A stretch of 58,867 nt of DNA from a virus (IMGVR_UViG_3300012933_000180:1-58867), one strand, 5' to 3'. Shown: positions 1 through 8,718, counted from the first letter of the stretch. The notes: generated by a model from the letters alone, not told the origin. Numbers and translations: made by a program.

Positions 1-171
1 ACGGATGAGCAGATTGAGGGAATTGCACAAATGACTTGTATTGGTATTTCGCCACATGAAGACACTTTAAATTTCGCCAGAGCAATCGAAGCCGCCCACG
101 GCATAAAGGATAACAAATGAAGCTCGAATGGAACAAGGCTCCAGTAAAAACACAATGGGGGCACGACATGA
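1..171. repeat. Terminal direct repeat copy A (171 bp, identical to 58697..58867)
   Basis: Both window ends read acggatgagcagattgaggg...caatgggggcacgacatga. The repeat lies inside coding sequence (3' end of ORF 58487..58816 and 5' end of ORF 117..386), so it looks like circular-assembly overlap or terminal redundancy. Confidence 0.9.
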
Positions 172-386
172 TGGAGACTTGTGTTGCCATTGATAAAAAT
201 CATACGCTGTCTCTGTATTGCGAAGAAAGCCAAATAGCTAAAGTGCCTAAAGTTTTGCGACCAAAATGGAAAAGCCTTACTGAGCGTGAAATCGAAGCGT
301 TGATTCTTGAAGGCGACACATACTGGTGGAATGCAGAAGACTACATTCGCAACGTCTTAGCCAAACTCAAGGAGAAGAACACATGA
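117..386 (+). CDS. Hypothetical early protein (89 aa)
   Basis: ORF track. ATGA coupling with the preceding ORF. The first 55 nt are duplicated at 58813..58867. No motif recognised. Confidence 0.6.
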   Translation: MKLEWNKAPVKTQWGHDMMETCVAIDKNHTLSLYCEESQIAKVPKVLRPKWKSLTEREIEALILEGDTYWWNAEDYIRNVLAKLKEKNT

Positions 387-517
387 ACTGCAAACACAAC
401 TGGATACCCAGCGACTTCGGTAAAGCACACCGAACGCCTAACAACTACCTATACCAATGCACACGGTGTAACCGAATGATCTCGGCACTGCTGAAGGACA
501 CCAATGAAAAACCTTAA
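383..517 (+). CDS. Small Cys/His protein, zinc-ribbon-like (44 aa)
   Basis: ATG overlaps the upstream stop (ATGA). GGAG lies 6-12 nt upstream. Sequence MNCKHNW...YQCTRCNRM has C3, H5 and a CxxC. Confidence 0.5.
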   Translation: MNCKHNWIPSDFGKAHRTPNNYLYQCTRCNRMISALLKDTNEKP

Positions 518-677
518 TCCCATGGAATTAGCTGCGGGTATGACCGATGAGATTCTCGAAGTCATATACAAGTACGAAGAAGCGATCATGCTTCCAACTG
601 TGCTGGGCATCCTAGACGTAATCAAGTACGACCTGATTCGATCGCAATGGATAGAAAGCGAGGAGGACGATGACTGA
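504..677 (+). CDS. Small acidic protein (57 aa)
   Basis: Hand-translated, below the ORF-track cutoff: MKNLNPMELAAGMTDEILEV...QWIESEEDDD. Overlaps its neighbours by 14 and 8 nt. Confidence 0.45.
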   Translation: MKNLNPMELAAGMTDEILEVIYKYEEAIMLPTVLGILDVIKYDLIRSQWIESEEDDD

Positions 678-888
678 CGAAGAACTGGAGGATAGACACA
701 CAGTAATCAAAGGCAAAGACTACTACAAGGTACCACCACTGCATCCCAACTCATGTATGGGGTGCGATCGAATATCAATCCCATGCAGTGGCATCGGATG
801 CGATGGTGGCAAACACGAAGATGAGTTCATTCTCATCGAATATTCAATGTCGGCACTAGCCCGATACATATCCCAAAGACTCACATAA
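670..888 (+). CDS. Small Cys-rich protein (72 aa)
   Basis: ORF track. SCMGC (CxxC) and PCSGIGC motifs suggest metal binding. Confidence 0.55.
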   Translation: MTDEELEDRHTVIKGKDYYKVPPLHPNSCMGCDRISIPCSGIGCDGGKHEDEFILIEYSMSALARYISQRLT

Positions 889-897
889 GGAAACATC

Positions 898-1902
898 ATG
901 CGTTACTCACACATCAAGACATCTATACACGAACAATTCAAGGCCAAGGACGGCAACAAAATCGTACCGTTCATCCTCGGTGCGCCGGGCGGTGGCAAAT
1001 CAGCGTGCGCTCGTGACATCATCTCCGAGCTTGACATCGACCCCGACAAAATCGTGGAGTTCACTGCCTCGCTTCGCGACCCTGTTGACGTACTGGGCAC
1101 GCCCAATAACACCGGCGAATACACACGCTGGGTTCCACCAGAGGAGTTCTACAAACTGCGCGCGGGTCAAGGACGCTCAGCACTCATTCTCGAGGAGCTG
1201 TCTGACGCACCGATCCCCATGCAGAACGCACTGTGCGGCATCATCTACGACCGCCGTGCCGGTAACCTAGCTCTGTCCAACGAGCTGTTCATCATCGCCA
1301 CAGGTAACCGCACCGAGGACAAATCGGGTGCCAACCGCATCACGTCCAAGCTGGCTAACCGTACTCGTCGCTTCGAGTTCGTGGAGAACATCGACGACTG
1401 GACTGAGTGGGCGCTCGACAACGACATCGACCCAGTGCTTATTCAGTTCCTGCGCTTCCGTCCCGGCCTGCTGTCCGACTTCGACGCCAATCGCTTCGCC
1501 AACCCAACGCCTCGTGCATGGGAGCGTGTCAACCTTATCCCATCATCGCTTGACGGTTCCTTGTTCTTTGACAACTGTGCAGGCGAGGTAGGTGACGGTG
1601 CGGCCGCTGAGTACACAGGCTTCAAGCGTATCTACGAATCACTGCCTAACATGGACGCGTTGTTGCTCGACCCCAAGGGTGCCGATGTACCGACTGATCC
1701 AGCTGTGCTGTATGCGATCACCGGTGCGCTTGCTCGTAAGGCCACCAAAGATAACTTCGATCGTGTGACCACGTATACCAACCGCTTGTCTCCTGAGTTC
1801 GGTGTCATGACCGTCAAGGACGCGATCAAGTTACAGCCTGCGATCAAGTCATCACGTAGCTTCATCGAGTGGGCGACCAAGAACGCAGAAGTGCTAATGT
1901 GA
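898..1902 (+). CDS. MoxR/CobS-like AAA+ ATPase (334 aa)
   Basis: Walker A GAPGGGKS, Walker B ALILEELSD, sensor-like IIATGNR. Single AAA module of MoxR/AAA_5 size. AAGGAA RBS. Confidence 0.9.
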   Translation: MRYSHIKTSIHEQFKAKDGNKIVPFILGAPGGGKSACARDIISELDIDPDKIVEFTASLRDPVDVLGTPNNTGEYTRWVPPEEFYKLRAGQGRSALILEELSDAPIPMQNALCGIIYDRRAGNLALSNELFIIATGNRTEDKSGANRITSKLANRTRRFEFVENIDDWTEWALDNDIDPVLIQFLRFRPGLLSDFDANRFANPTPRAWERVNLIPSSLDGSLFFDNCAGEVGDGAAAEYTGFKRIYESLPNMDALLLDPKGADVPTDPAVLYAITGALARKATKDNFDRVTTYTNRLSPEFGVMTVKDAIKLQPAIKSSRSFIEWATKNAEVLM

Positions 1903-2177
1903 AACACCTAGTATGGGAGGAAGAGTTCTTCTTCCTCGAAAACCCCACAAGGTTTGACCCCAGCCGGTGCCCAGTACACCATCTTAAAAAAGTAATCATA
2001 GGAGAACCAGCCAAACAGAGATACAAAATAAGTGTTGCGTATGTACAAAAAATAGGCAAGCGACAGTTCGCTGCGGAAGTCACTATGACTAACGCTGAGG
2101 AAACCCCTAAGCAAACGTTTCGCTCGCTAACAGAAGCTAAGGCATGGTGCCTAGCCATATACAGACTGGAGAATTAA
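1899..2177 (+). CDS. Hypothetical protein (92 aa from GTG; the track ORF starts at 1869)
   Basis: GTG overlaps the ATPase stop (GTGA). The C-terminal KQTFRSLTEAKAWCLAIY resembles small AP2/integrase-type DNA-binding folds (weak). Confidence 0.45.
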   Translation: MKHLVWEEEFFFLENPTRFDPSRCPVHHLKKVIIGEPAKQRYKISVAYVQKIGKRQFAAEVTMTNAEETPKQTFRSLTEAKAWCLAIYRLEN

Positions 2178-3050
2178 ATGGAACTAACCAAACTATCCGA
2201 CAAGGCACTGCTCGTCAAACTTACACAAAGAAAGGCAGCACTCACCAAGCGTGATAACGCACTGACAGCAACTGTGCAACAGCAATTCAATGACAACAGC
2301 TTGACCGTATCCACCAAACTGTTCCGTGACAAGAGCAGCCCGATCAACAAGATCGTAGCCAAGTACGCTGAGGTGTATGCGTACCACAAAGCCAACACGC
2401 TACCCTATGTGGATGCAGGGCCTCGTATCCTGCCAAGCACAATGTACTTCGAGTACACCAACGAGATGCGACAGCGTATCGCAGTGGTTGACAAGCTGAT
2501 CGACCAATGGATGCCACAGTATGACCAACTCGTACACGACGACGTCATGTTCCGTAACAGCGGCCAAGCAGCTGGGCGAGCATCGTCCACCGAGTACCCC
2601 AGTGCTGACCAGTTCCGAGCTGCGATGTCTAACGACATGCGGTTCCAGCCTATGCCTGATGCCCGTCACTTCTTGTTCGACCTGAGCGATGAAGACATGG
2701 CGGCGTTCAAAGCAGCTGAGAGCGAGACCATGCAGCTGGCCAACCAAGAGACCATCAACCGTATGCTCAAACCACTGGGTGACCTAGTGCGCCGACTCGG
2801 TGAGTATCAAGGTGGCAAGGGCGAGCGCTTTCACAACAGCCTCGTGGAGAACGTCATCGAAGGCTGTAAGACAGCACGTAAGTTATCAATCAACCCGACA
2901 GAGGAGTTACTAAATGAAATTAACACCATTGAGAGTCTTGCTACGACCTATCTCGACGGCGTGGAAATTATTAAAGGTTCTGCGAACTATCGAGCTGAAG
3001 CCCGTAGCAAACTCGACGCAGTTGCCGAGCGCTTGGGAGCTTTCTACTGA
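2178..3050 (+). CDS. Hypothetical protein, possibly a DUF3150-like partner of MoxR/VWA pairs (290 aa)
   Basis: ORF track. Starts 1 nt after the upstream stop. Size and position between the AAA+ and VWA genes fit DUF3150-type proteins. This family assignment is from memory and unverified. Confidence 0.6.
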   Translation: MELTKLSDKALLVKLTQRKAALTKRDNALTATVQQQFNDNSLTVSTKLFRDKSSPINKIVAKYAEVYAYHKANTLPYVDAGPRILPSTMYFEYTNEMRQRIAVVDKLIDQWMPQYDQLVHDDVMFRNSGQAAGRASSTEYPSADQFRAAMSNDMRFQPMPDARHFLFDLSDEDMAAFKAAESETMQLANQETINRMLKPLGDLVRRLGEYQGGKGERFHNSLVENVIEGCKTARKLSINPTEELLNEINTIESLATTYLDGVEIIKGSANYRAEARSKLDAVAERLGAFY

Positions 3051-3093
3051 TCGAGCCAATATTCTGGTTCGTGTGGATACCAGTCATATTCTC

Positions 3094-3264
3094 ATGACAG
3101 AAGCAACGTATAACGCGATCAAGCACCACCTGATTCGCTTGGACTACGACTACATAGGCACCAGCCGTGTGTGGAAGATTCACAACGACCAGAAGCTCTC
3201 AACCGAGCTGATGAACGCCAAACACTTAACCGCCATGCAAGTGGTACAGAAGTTAGAGCGATGA
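3094..3264 (+). CDS. Hypothetical small protein (56 aa)
   Basis: Internal ATG of track ORF 2914..3264, chosen because the upstream part overlaps 2178..3050. MTEATYNAIKHHLIRL... Confidence 0.35.
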   Translation: MTEATYNAIKHHLIRLDYDYIGTSRVWKIHNDQKLSTELMNAKHLTAMQVVQKLER

Positions 3265-3479
3265 AAAAGACGGACGCCAAAACATATACACGTACAGTTA
3301 AACGCAGCAGTACGTACGGCGTCAATGTGGTTGAGAAGGTAGACAAGTTCAAGACTATTAGCCACATCAACATCTTCATCAACGGTGTACCTGATAGATC
3401 GTTTGAGGTAGAGGGGAGCGTAGACATAGGCAGTGCGCTCATCACAGTAGGCACACATTTAAAACTGGAGAATAAATGA
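3261..3479 (+). CDS. Hypothetical small protein (72 aa)
   Basis: ATGA coupling at 3261. MKKTDAKTYTRTVKRSS... Confidence 0.5.
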   Translation: MKKTDAKTYTRTVKRSSTYGVNVVEKVDKFKTISHINIFINGVPDRSFEVEGSVDIGSALITVGTHLKLENK

Positions 3480-3667
3480 CAGAGATCGAATTCATGTTGC
3501 TTGTAGCGTGGGGGATTACCTTCGCGCTATACGTGACCAAACACATTGACTACAAACACGAACGCCGTATGTCAGGGATGCTGATGACAGCTATGAAAGA
3601 AGTAGCCGAGGGCAAGGCAACTATCACCATAGTAGACGGCGACCTACGAATCAAACACAAGGACTAA
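3476..3667 (+). CDS. Small membrane protein (63 aa)
   Basis: ATGA coupling. N-terminal hydrophobic helix FMLLVAWGITFALYV. Confidence 0.55.
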   Translation: MTEIEFMLLVAWGITFALYVTKHIDYKHERRMSGMLMTAMKEVAEGKATITIVDGDLRIKHKD

Positions 3668-3668
3668 C

Positions 3669-4784
3669 ATGGCAGTAACCACACTCGACCGTGCCAAGGT
3701 AGCAATCGTTACCCAGCACCCGTTCTTTGCATCCATCCTTATGAAGCGCAAGCTTATCGAGGACAACACCATCCCTACTGCCGCTGTCGACCAGCGCGGT
3801 CAGATTTACTACAACAAAGACTTCGTCGACAAGCTATCCGTTGACGAGCTCGTATTCCTGCTGTGCCATGAGGTCGGCCACGTTATCGGTCAACACGGAC
3901 TGCGACGCGGTACCCGTAACGCCAAGCGCTGGAACATCGCAGGTGACGCATGGATCAATGACATGCTCAAGGACGCAGGTGTCGGCCAACTAATCAGCGG
4001 TTGCGTAGACATGCCCGGCTCCAAGGACGAGACTGTTGACGTTATCTACAACAAGCTGCCCGATGACCCTGATGGTGACGGCCCCGGCGGTACAGGCAGT
4101 GACATCATCGAACGTGGTTCACCACTCACTCCCGAAGAGGCTGACCGCATCGACGCCGAGACCCGTGTAGAGATCGCCCAAGCAGCCCAAGCAGCCAAGG
4201 CACAGGGCAAGATGCCCGGCGCGTTAGCCAAGATCATCGCTGACCTCATTGACCCCGGCACTCCATGGCACGAGATTCTCGAACGCTACATGGTGTCGTT
4301 CACCAAGGGCGACTACTCGTGGGCTCGTCCTAACCGCCGCTTCGCTGACTATGCGTATCTGCCTAGCGTTGGCAAGAGCGCACAGATGGGTGAGCTCGTC
4401 GTCCAAGTCGACGTGTCAGGTTCTATCTCGCCTACCGAGCTTGCCCATTACAACGGCCACATGCAACGCATCATCGAGCAGTGCAGTCCCGAGCGTGTCC
4501 ATGTCTTGTACGTAGATACCGATGTATGTAAGCACGAGACCTTTGAGCGTAGCGAGGAGTTTGCTCTTGAGTTCTACTCTGGCGGCGGCACCGACATGGA
4601 GGCTGGCTTCACTTACCTAGACAAGAACGGCATTGACCCCGAGGTTTTTGTCTGCCTGACTGACGGCTACACGTCCTTCAACCCCGCCAATGCACCGACT
4701 TACCCAGTTGTTTGGTGTATTTCCTCTAACATCGAAGCGCCATACGGCGACAATATCCACTTTTCATTGGAGGAACCCAAATGA
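3669..4784 (+). CDS. VWA-domain protein with N-terminal zincin-like metallopeptidase domain (371 aa)
   Basis: HEVGH near the N-terminus. MIDAS motif VQVDVSGSIS in the C-terminal half. The architecture matches putative-metallopeptidase + VWA-like (DUF2201-type) proteins. Confidence 0.85.
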   Translation: MAVTTLDRAKVAIVTQHPFFASILMKRKLIEDNTIPTAAVDQRGQIYYNKDFVDKLSVDELVFLLCHEVGHVIGQHGLRRGTRNAKRWNIAGDAWINDMLKDAGVGQLISGCVDMPGSKDETVDVIYNKLPDDPDGDGPGGTGSDIIERGSPLTPEEADRIDAETRVEIAQAAQAAKAQGKMPGALAKIIADLIDPGTPWHEILERYMVSFTKGDYSWARPNRRFADYAYLPSVGKSAQMGELVVQVDVSGSISPTELAHYNGHMQRIIEQCSPERVHVLYVDTDVCKHETFERSEEFALEFYSGGGTDMEAGFTYLDKNGIDPEVFVCLTDGYTSFNPANAPTYPVVWCISSNIEAPYGDNIHFSLEEPK

Positions 4785-4936
4785 CCGAACCGACCAAAGT
4801 ATCTGATGCTTTCAACACACTGATCGACAAGTACAAGGAACTACTACAACAATGCTACGACGCGTTGGCTGACGACGCTGACCCGCAACAGCGGGCTACC
4901 CTGCGAGAAGCGCTAGGGCAATTCATTCAAAAGTAA
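4781..4936 (+). CDS. Hypothetical small helical protein (51 aa)
   Basis: Hand-translated: MTEPTKVSDAFNTLIDKYKELLQQCYDAL... ATGA coupling to the VWA gene. Followed by a terminator. Confidence 0.45.
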   Translation: MTEPTKVSDAFNTLIDKYKELLQQCYDALADDADPQQRATLREALGQFIQK

Positions 4937-4940
4937 CAAC

Positions 4941-4960
4941 ACCCGCTTCGGCGGGTTTTT
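4941..4960 (+). terminator. Rho-independent terminator (ACCCGC-UUCG-GCGGGU + U5)
   Basis: Perfect 6-bp stem with a UUCG tetraloop followed by ttttt, 5 nt after the stop at 4936. Confidence 0.8.
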
Positions 4961-4978
4961 CAATAGAAAGACAGACAT

Positions 4979-5650
4979 ATGGCAACCGTATACATCACAC
5001 AGCAACTCACCAAAGACATCCATCGTGTTATCTCTCGCATGCAGGACAACGAAGTAGCCGAGACAGTACCTGACCACGGCAAGTCAATCACCGTCAACGC
5101 CACAGAGATGCTCAACCACTTAGCATGGGGAGACCACCACCACCTCATGGCACAGCTACCCAAAGACTGGCTACGTCAGCCCGGCAGTGCCGATGTCAAC
5201 GTCATCTTGGGCGTCACCGAAGAGGGTAAGCCTAACAAACACTGCGTCAGCTACGCACAACTTAACGGATACTTCGAGCGACCATGCAACGACCGCTGGG
5301 GTGCGCCGCGACCTGAGGCTACCAAGCAGTGGTTCGAGCAACATATGCAGTTCACTGGTGCCGCTGAGACACTGGAGAAGATCAAGCAGCTCGATACCCG
5401 AGACGAGATCAACGCTAAATGGGCTAAGACATACGGCGACATCTCCAAGTTCTTGAGTAAGTGCAAGTCACTCAACGAGGCTCTCAAGTTGTGGCCCGGC
5501 CTGCAACTGTATGTTCCATCGCAGTACATCGAGCGTGTCAATACCAAGGTTGAGCGCAAGGCTCGCGAGACCGAGATCATTGCAACCGTTGACTTGGAGG
5601 AGTTAACCGCTAACGCTATCGCAGCCAAGCTGTCAGGTGTTGTTGCGTAG
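4979..5650 (+). CDS. Hypothetical protein (223 aa)
   Basis: ORF track. No motif recognised. Preceded by the 14-mer AGAAAGACAGACAT. Confidence 0.7.
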   Translation: MATVYITQQLTKDIHRVISRMQDNEVAETVPDHGKSITVNATEMLNHLAWGDHHHLMAQLPKDWLRQPGSADVNVILGVTEEGKPNKHCVSYAQLNGYFERPCNDRWGAPRPEATKQWFEQHMQFTGAAETLEKIKQLDTRDEINAKWAKTYGDISKFLSKCKSLNEALKLWPGLQLYVPSQYIERVNTKVERKARETEIIATVDLEELTANAIAAKLSGVVA

Positions 5651-5663
5651 GTAATACTACGTA

Positions 5664-5692
5664 TATACACACGTTGGCTTAGGCAATACATT
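5664..5692 (+). promoter_or_regulatory. Predicted sigma70-type promoter TATACA-N17-TACATT
   Basis: The -10 TACATT is identical to three other predicted promoters. It sits 23 nt upstream of ATG 5716. The -35 overlaps a one-mismatch copy of the 12-mer ACATACACACGT. Confidence 0.45.
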
Positions 5693-5715
5693 CACCCACT
5701 CACAGAAAGACAGAC

Positions 5716-6582
5716 ATGAGATTCGAAGTAGCAAAGAGAAAATATGAAAATGGACGTATTCAAAATCCTGCCAAGGGTAGATCGTTAGGTAACTACACGT
5801 ATCTGTACAAGGTTAATGATGATCGTTATGAGATTCGCAAGCCTTGGAATACATATGAAGAGAATCCTGACTTCGTTCAAGGTAAGCCCGGATCAAACCG
5901 ATACACCCAAATCAGCGATACGCTACCTATCCTCAGCATCGAGCGCGGTAAGGATGGATACACCTACTTGGAAGTATTGTTCGAAGAGAAGCATCACAAC
6001 CAGACCGTCGCTAACGTAGTACACAAACACGTAGTTACGCTGTCAGCGTTCATCTGCAACCATGAGATGCGCTTCTGGTTCCATGGTAGCAACCTAGGCC
6101 GTGGACGCAACGCTCCAGTGTTGGCCAAGGGATTGCGCTTCAAGGTAGACGAGCGTAACTACATGACGCTCTCATTGGACGAAGGCCAAGCAGTTACGAC
6201 AGACAAGCGCTTCGTTAATCGCGAGAAGGCTAAGCCTATCAATGCTCGGCTCAAGCAGCTCAACAAGCTAGGCACTGTGCTCACCAAGTTGGAAGCCGTT
6301 ACCAAGGCTGACGTTAACGGTGCTATCGACTCGGCGTATAGCTATAACAACAACACACTTCTGGACAAGGTGTTCGGCACTGACGAGTTCGAGGTCATAG
6401 ATGTGTACCGCACATTAGCCACGACGTTAGGGTATTGGGAACGTAGCCAGTCAGCGCCCGACCCTATCAAAGACCAGTACAACCGTTTTCAAAATGCGAT
6501 GACAACATTGCGCAAGCATGCGTACAAACGTGCTGGGGTATTAGAAGCTAAGGAGATCGCAAATGGGCTCACTACAAACTGA
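5716..6582 (+). CDS. Hypothetical protein (288 aa)
   Basis: ORF track. No motif recognised. Confidence 0.7.
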   Translation: MRFEVAKRKYENGRIQNPAKGRSLGNYTYLYKVNDDRYEIRKPWNTYEENPDFVQGKPGSNRYTQISDTLPILSIERGKDGYTYLEVLFEEKHHNQTVANVVHKHVVTLSAFICNHEMRFWFHGSNLGRGRNAPVLAKGLRFKVDERNYMTLSLDEGQAVTTDKRFVNREKAKPINARLKQLNKLGTVLTKLEAVTKADVNGAIDSAYSYNNNTLLDKVFGTDEFEVIDVYRTLATTLGYWERSQSAPDPIKDQYNRFQNAMTTLRKHAYKRAGVLEAKEIANGLTTN

Positions 6583-7075
6583 AATCTTCACAAAGGTATT
6601 ACCAAAAATGAAATCACTTGAAACACTTACATTCGACGACGGCGGCGCACCACTCACTAACGCAGAGCCGATCAGCAAGACGCAACAGATTTGGGAGTTC
6701 GTGTACAACAACCCACGAACCACACGCAGGAAGGTAGCGGCGGCAGTACCCGAAGTTAAGGAGGCTGATGTCAGTTCGTTCTTGTCGCAGATGACACGAG
6801 CTAATCGGTTGACGCGTGAGGAAGTCGACGGCGTGTACCAGTACATGACACCAGCGGGAATGACAAAGTTTCCTAGAGGTTCGGAGTTTCGGCTACAAGC
6901 TATTAAGAAGGCACAGGCGGCAAGGGCCGAAGCTAATAAGCAGCCAAAGGATAAACCCACCAAAGCCGCTAAGCCGACCCCAGTGGTCAGCGATGCGAAA
7001 GCATACGTGGAGACACTCAACGTCAAAGAGGCCCGCGAACTCTACGCTGCATTGAAAGAGGTGTTCTCGTTGTGA
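6563..7075 (+). CDS. Putative winged-helix DNA-binding protein (170 aa)
   Basis: AAGGAG RBS 7 nt upstream. ISKTQQIWEFVYNNPRTTRRKVAAAV...FLSQMTRANRLTRE resembles a wHTH. Lys/Ala/Pro-rich linker follows. Confidence 0.55.
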   Translation: MGSLQTEIFTKVLPKMKSLETLTFDDGGAPLTNAEPISKTQQIWEFVYNNPRTTRRKVAAAVPEVKEADVSSFLSQMTRANRLTREEVDGVYQYMTPAGMTKFPRGSEFRLQAIKKAQAARAEANKQPKDKPTKAAKPTPVVSDAKAYVETLNVKEARELYAALKEVFSL

Positions 7076-7536
7076 GAAAGAAATCGAAGTACAAACCCAA
7101 AGGTGTACGCCTTGATGTGATGACGTATGTCAAGTCAGGGCTACTACCACTGACATCCGTTGGTAGCGAAGCGGTCAAGCTGAAGATCATTAACCATGAT
7201 GCACTTAACAACCTGCGCATGGGTACTGGTACAAAGATGGACTTCGATACCTTAGTGGAGTCGATGAACGTGGCGGAAGCATTCGCCATGCACAACCACG
7301 GAGATGACTGGAGGCCTGAGATCAGGACTGCGCTCGATGCGTTGTTTGACTTAGGCGTTCGAGCAAAACATAACGGGATGAAATTTGTAATGAAATCAAA
7401 TGAACTCACTGCACTACAACTAGCCATGGAGATACACGATGCTCAACTGGATGAGGCAACGGTTAACCAACTTGAGCAAGCCATACACACCGTCAGAAAA
7501 ATCAGACAGCTCAAGCAAGCAAGGGTTATCAAATGA
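7072..7536 (+). CDS. Hypothetical protein (154 aa, GTG start)
   Basis: GTGA overlap with the upstream stop. All-helical look. No motif. Confidence 0.6.
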   Translation: MRKKSKYKPKGVRLDVMTYVKSGLLPLTSVGSEAVKLKIINHDALNNLRMGTGTKMDFDTLVESMNVAEAFAMHNHGDDWRPEIRTALDALFDLGVRAKHNGMKFVMKSNELTALQLAMEIHDAQLDEATVNQLEQAIHTVRKIRQLKQARVIK

Positions 7537-7730
7537 GAACGCGACACCCGATGTGGGCGTTACAGCTAACAAGTCAACGCCTATTCAAACCCCTAATAAC
7601 AACGACAGGTATGCCCTACCTGACATTCAACACAAAGAAAGAAGCCCTAGCGCACACAACACAATGGAACATCAAAGCCCGCCCCGTGAAAATTATGGTC
7701 ACAGTTCAAGTACTGGATGTGTGGGGATAA
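7533..7730 (+). CDS. Hypothetical small protein (65 aa)
   Basis: ATGA coupling. ORF track. Confidence 0.5.
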   Translation: MRTRHPMWALQLTSQRLFKPLITTTGMPYLTFNTKKEALAHTTQWNIKARPVKIMVTVQVLDVWG

Positions 7731-7903
7731 ACGAACTGCACGAACGACTCGTTCGTATGGAAACCCGCATGTCCAAGTTTATGGAAGCGTTCGGCATCGA
7801 CCCAACGACAGGCAAGTTCAGCCGACATGTTGACCGACAACTCTACGTCCCCAAGTATTACCCTAACCACCCAACCAACCAAAGGAACGATCATGGCTAC
7901 TAA
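7721..7903 (+). CDS. Hypothetical small protein (60 aa from GTG)
   Basis: 3' part of track ORF 7439..7903. The upstream part overlaps better ORFs. INELHERLVRMETRMSKFMEAFG looks like a real helix. Start uncertain. Confidence 0.35.
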   Translation: MGINELHERLVRMETRMSKFMEAFGIDPTTGKFSRHVDRQLYVPKYYPNHPTNQRNDHGY

Positions 7904-8213
7904 AAAGAAACCCACAACAACTCACAAAGAAGTTCTACCTGAAGATCACCCGCTGTACCATGTGTTCTATGCAGCTATCGAGCAAGCCATGTTCGGTAAA
8001 GGCCAACGACACGGCGGCAACGTGACGCCATTCCTCGAGCAGCCTTGGGCGCACTATCTCAAGATGCACGGTCGCGGCTTCGCTACTGGCCAAGCAGCCA
8101 AGAAGCTGGAAGAAGCAGCATCACTACGCAGCGGTGAAGCGTTCGAGACAGAAGTGTTCGGCGCTATGGTGTACCTCGGCATGGCCATCTTGCACGAGCG
8201 AGGTGAAGTATGA
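7893..8213 (+). CDS. Hypothetical all-alpha protein (106 aa)
   Basis: AAGGAA RBS. FGKGQRHGGN...QPW...GQAAKKLEEA is faintly reminiscent of phage MazG-like NTP-pyrophosphatase families. Not claimed. Confidence 0.55.
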   Translation: MATKKKPTTTHKEVLPEDHPLYHVFYAAIEQAMFGKGQRHGGNVTPFLEQPWAHYLKMHGRGFATGQAAKKLEEAASLRSGEAFETEVFGAMVYLGMAILHERGEV

Positions 8214-8506
8214 GAAAAGTAATTCGTAAATTTATCGTATGGGCCATGGGCTCTAGCGCCCGTGAAGAAGCAATTAAAGCTGCCTACGCACCAATCGTTA
8301 CGCATGAAGGTAACTCGACAAACCTTGACCCGAAGATACGTATCAGCTTTCTCAAAGCCATGAACGGTTCAATCATTGAAGTCAGCTCACACAAACAAAA
8401 CCCGCACGGCCCCGACTGGAAACACGAGCTATACCTTGTTCGCGACGGCGAGAGCCTATCAGACGCAGTAAAAGTAATCTTAGCCACGAAAGCAATCGAA
8501 CAATGA
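8210..8506 (+). CDS. Hypothetical protein (98 aa)
   Basis: ATGA coupling. ORF track. Confidence 0.55.
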   Translation: MRKVIRKFIVWAMGSSAREEAIKAAYAPIVTHEGNSTNLDPKIRISFLKAMNGSIIEVSSHKQNPHGPDWKHELYLVRDGESLSDAVKVILATKAIEQ

Positions 8507-8718
8507 AACCGATCCAAGACATACTCAAAGACTTTTTCCGGCTACCTACTGCGGAAGCATTAGCTGTAACCGAACTGGAGGACGCTAAGCGCCAGCTCTT
8601 ACATGCACAGACAGCGTTGGACTATTCCAAGCGCATGGTGGACTATCACTCTGACCGCATCAAGCGACTCACCGCATACGTCGCTAACAATGCACCAACA
8701 CCTGTGGAGACGCCATGA
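8503..8718 (+). CDS. Hypothetical coiled-coil protein (71 aa)
   Basis: ATGA coupling. ORF track. Confidence 0.55.
   Translation: MKPIQDILKDFFRLPTAEALAVTELEDAKRQLLHAQTALDYSKRMVDYHSDRIKRLTAYVANNAPTPVETP

Noticed and set aside
1-171. The 171-bp end repeat as a T7-like direct terminal repeat marking physical genome ends
   Set aside because: The repeat is coding and splits two ORFs, whereas T7-type DTRs are non-coding. Assembly overlap of a circular or permuted genome is the simpler explanation. This cannot be settled without reads.
2914-3479. Full-length track ORFs 2914..3264 and 3171..3479
   Set aside because: Their 5' parts overlap the 290-aa gene or each other. Internal ATGs at 3094 and 3261 give a non-overlapping, translationally coupled chain, so the shorter versions are reported.
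7439-7903. 154-aa ORF 7439..7903 as a single gene
   Set aside because: Its 5' two-thirds overlap the better-supported ORFs 7072..7536 and 7533..7730 and translate to low-complexity Ser/Pro/Asn-rich sequence. Only the 3' 60 codons (from GTG 7721) look like a real protein.
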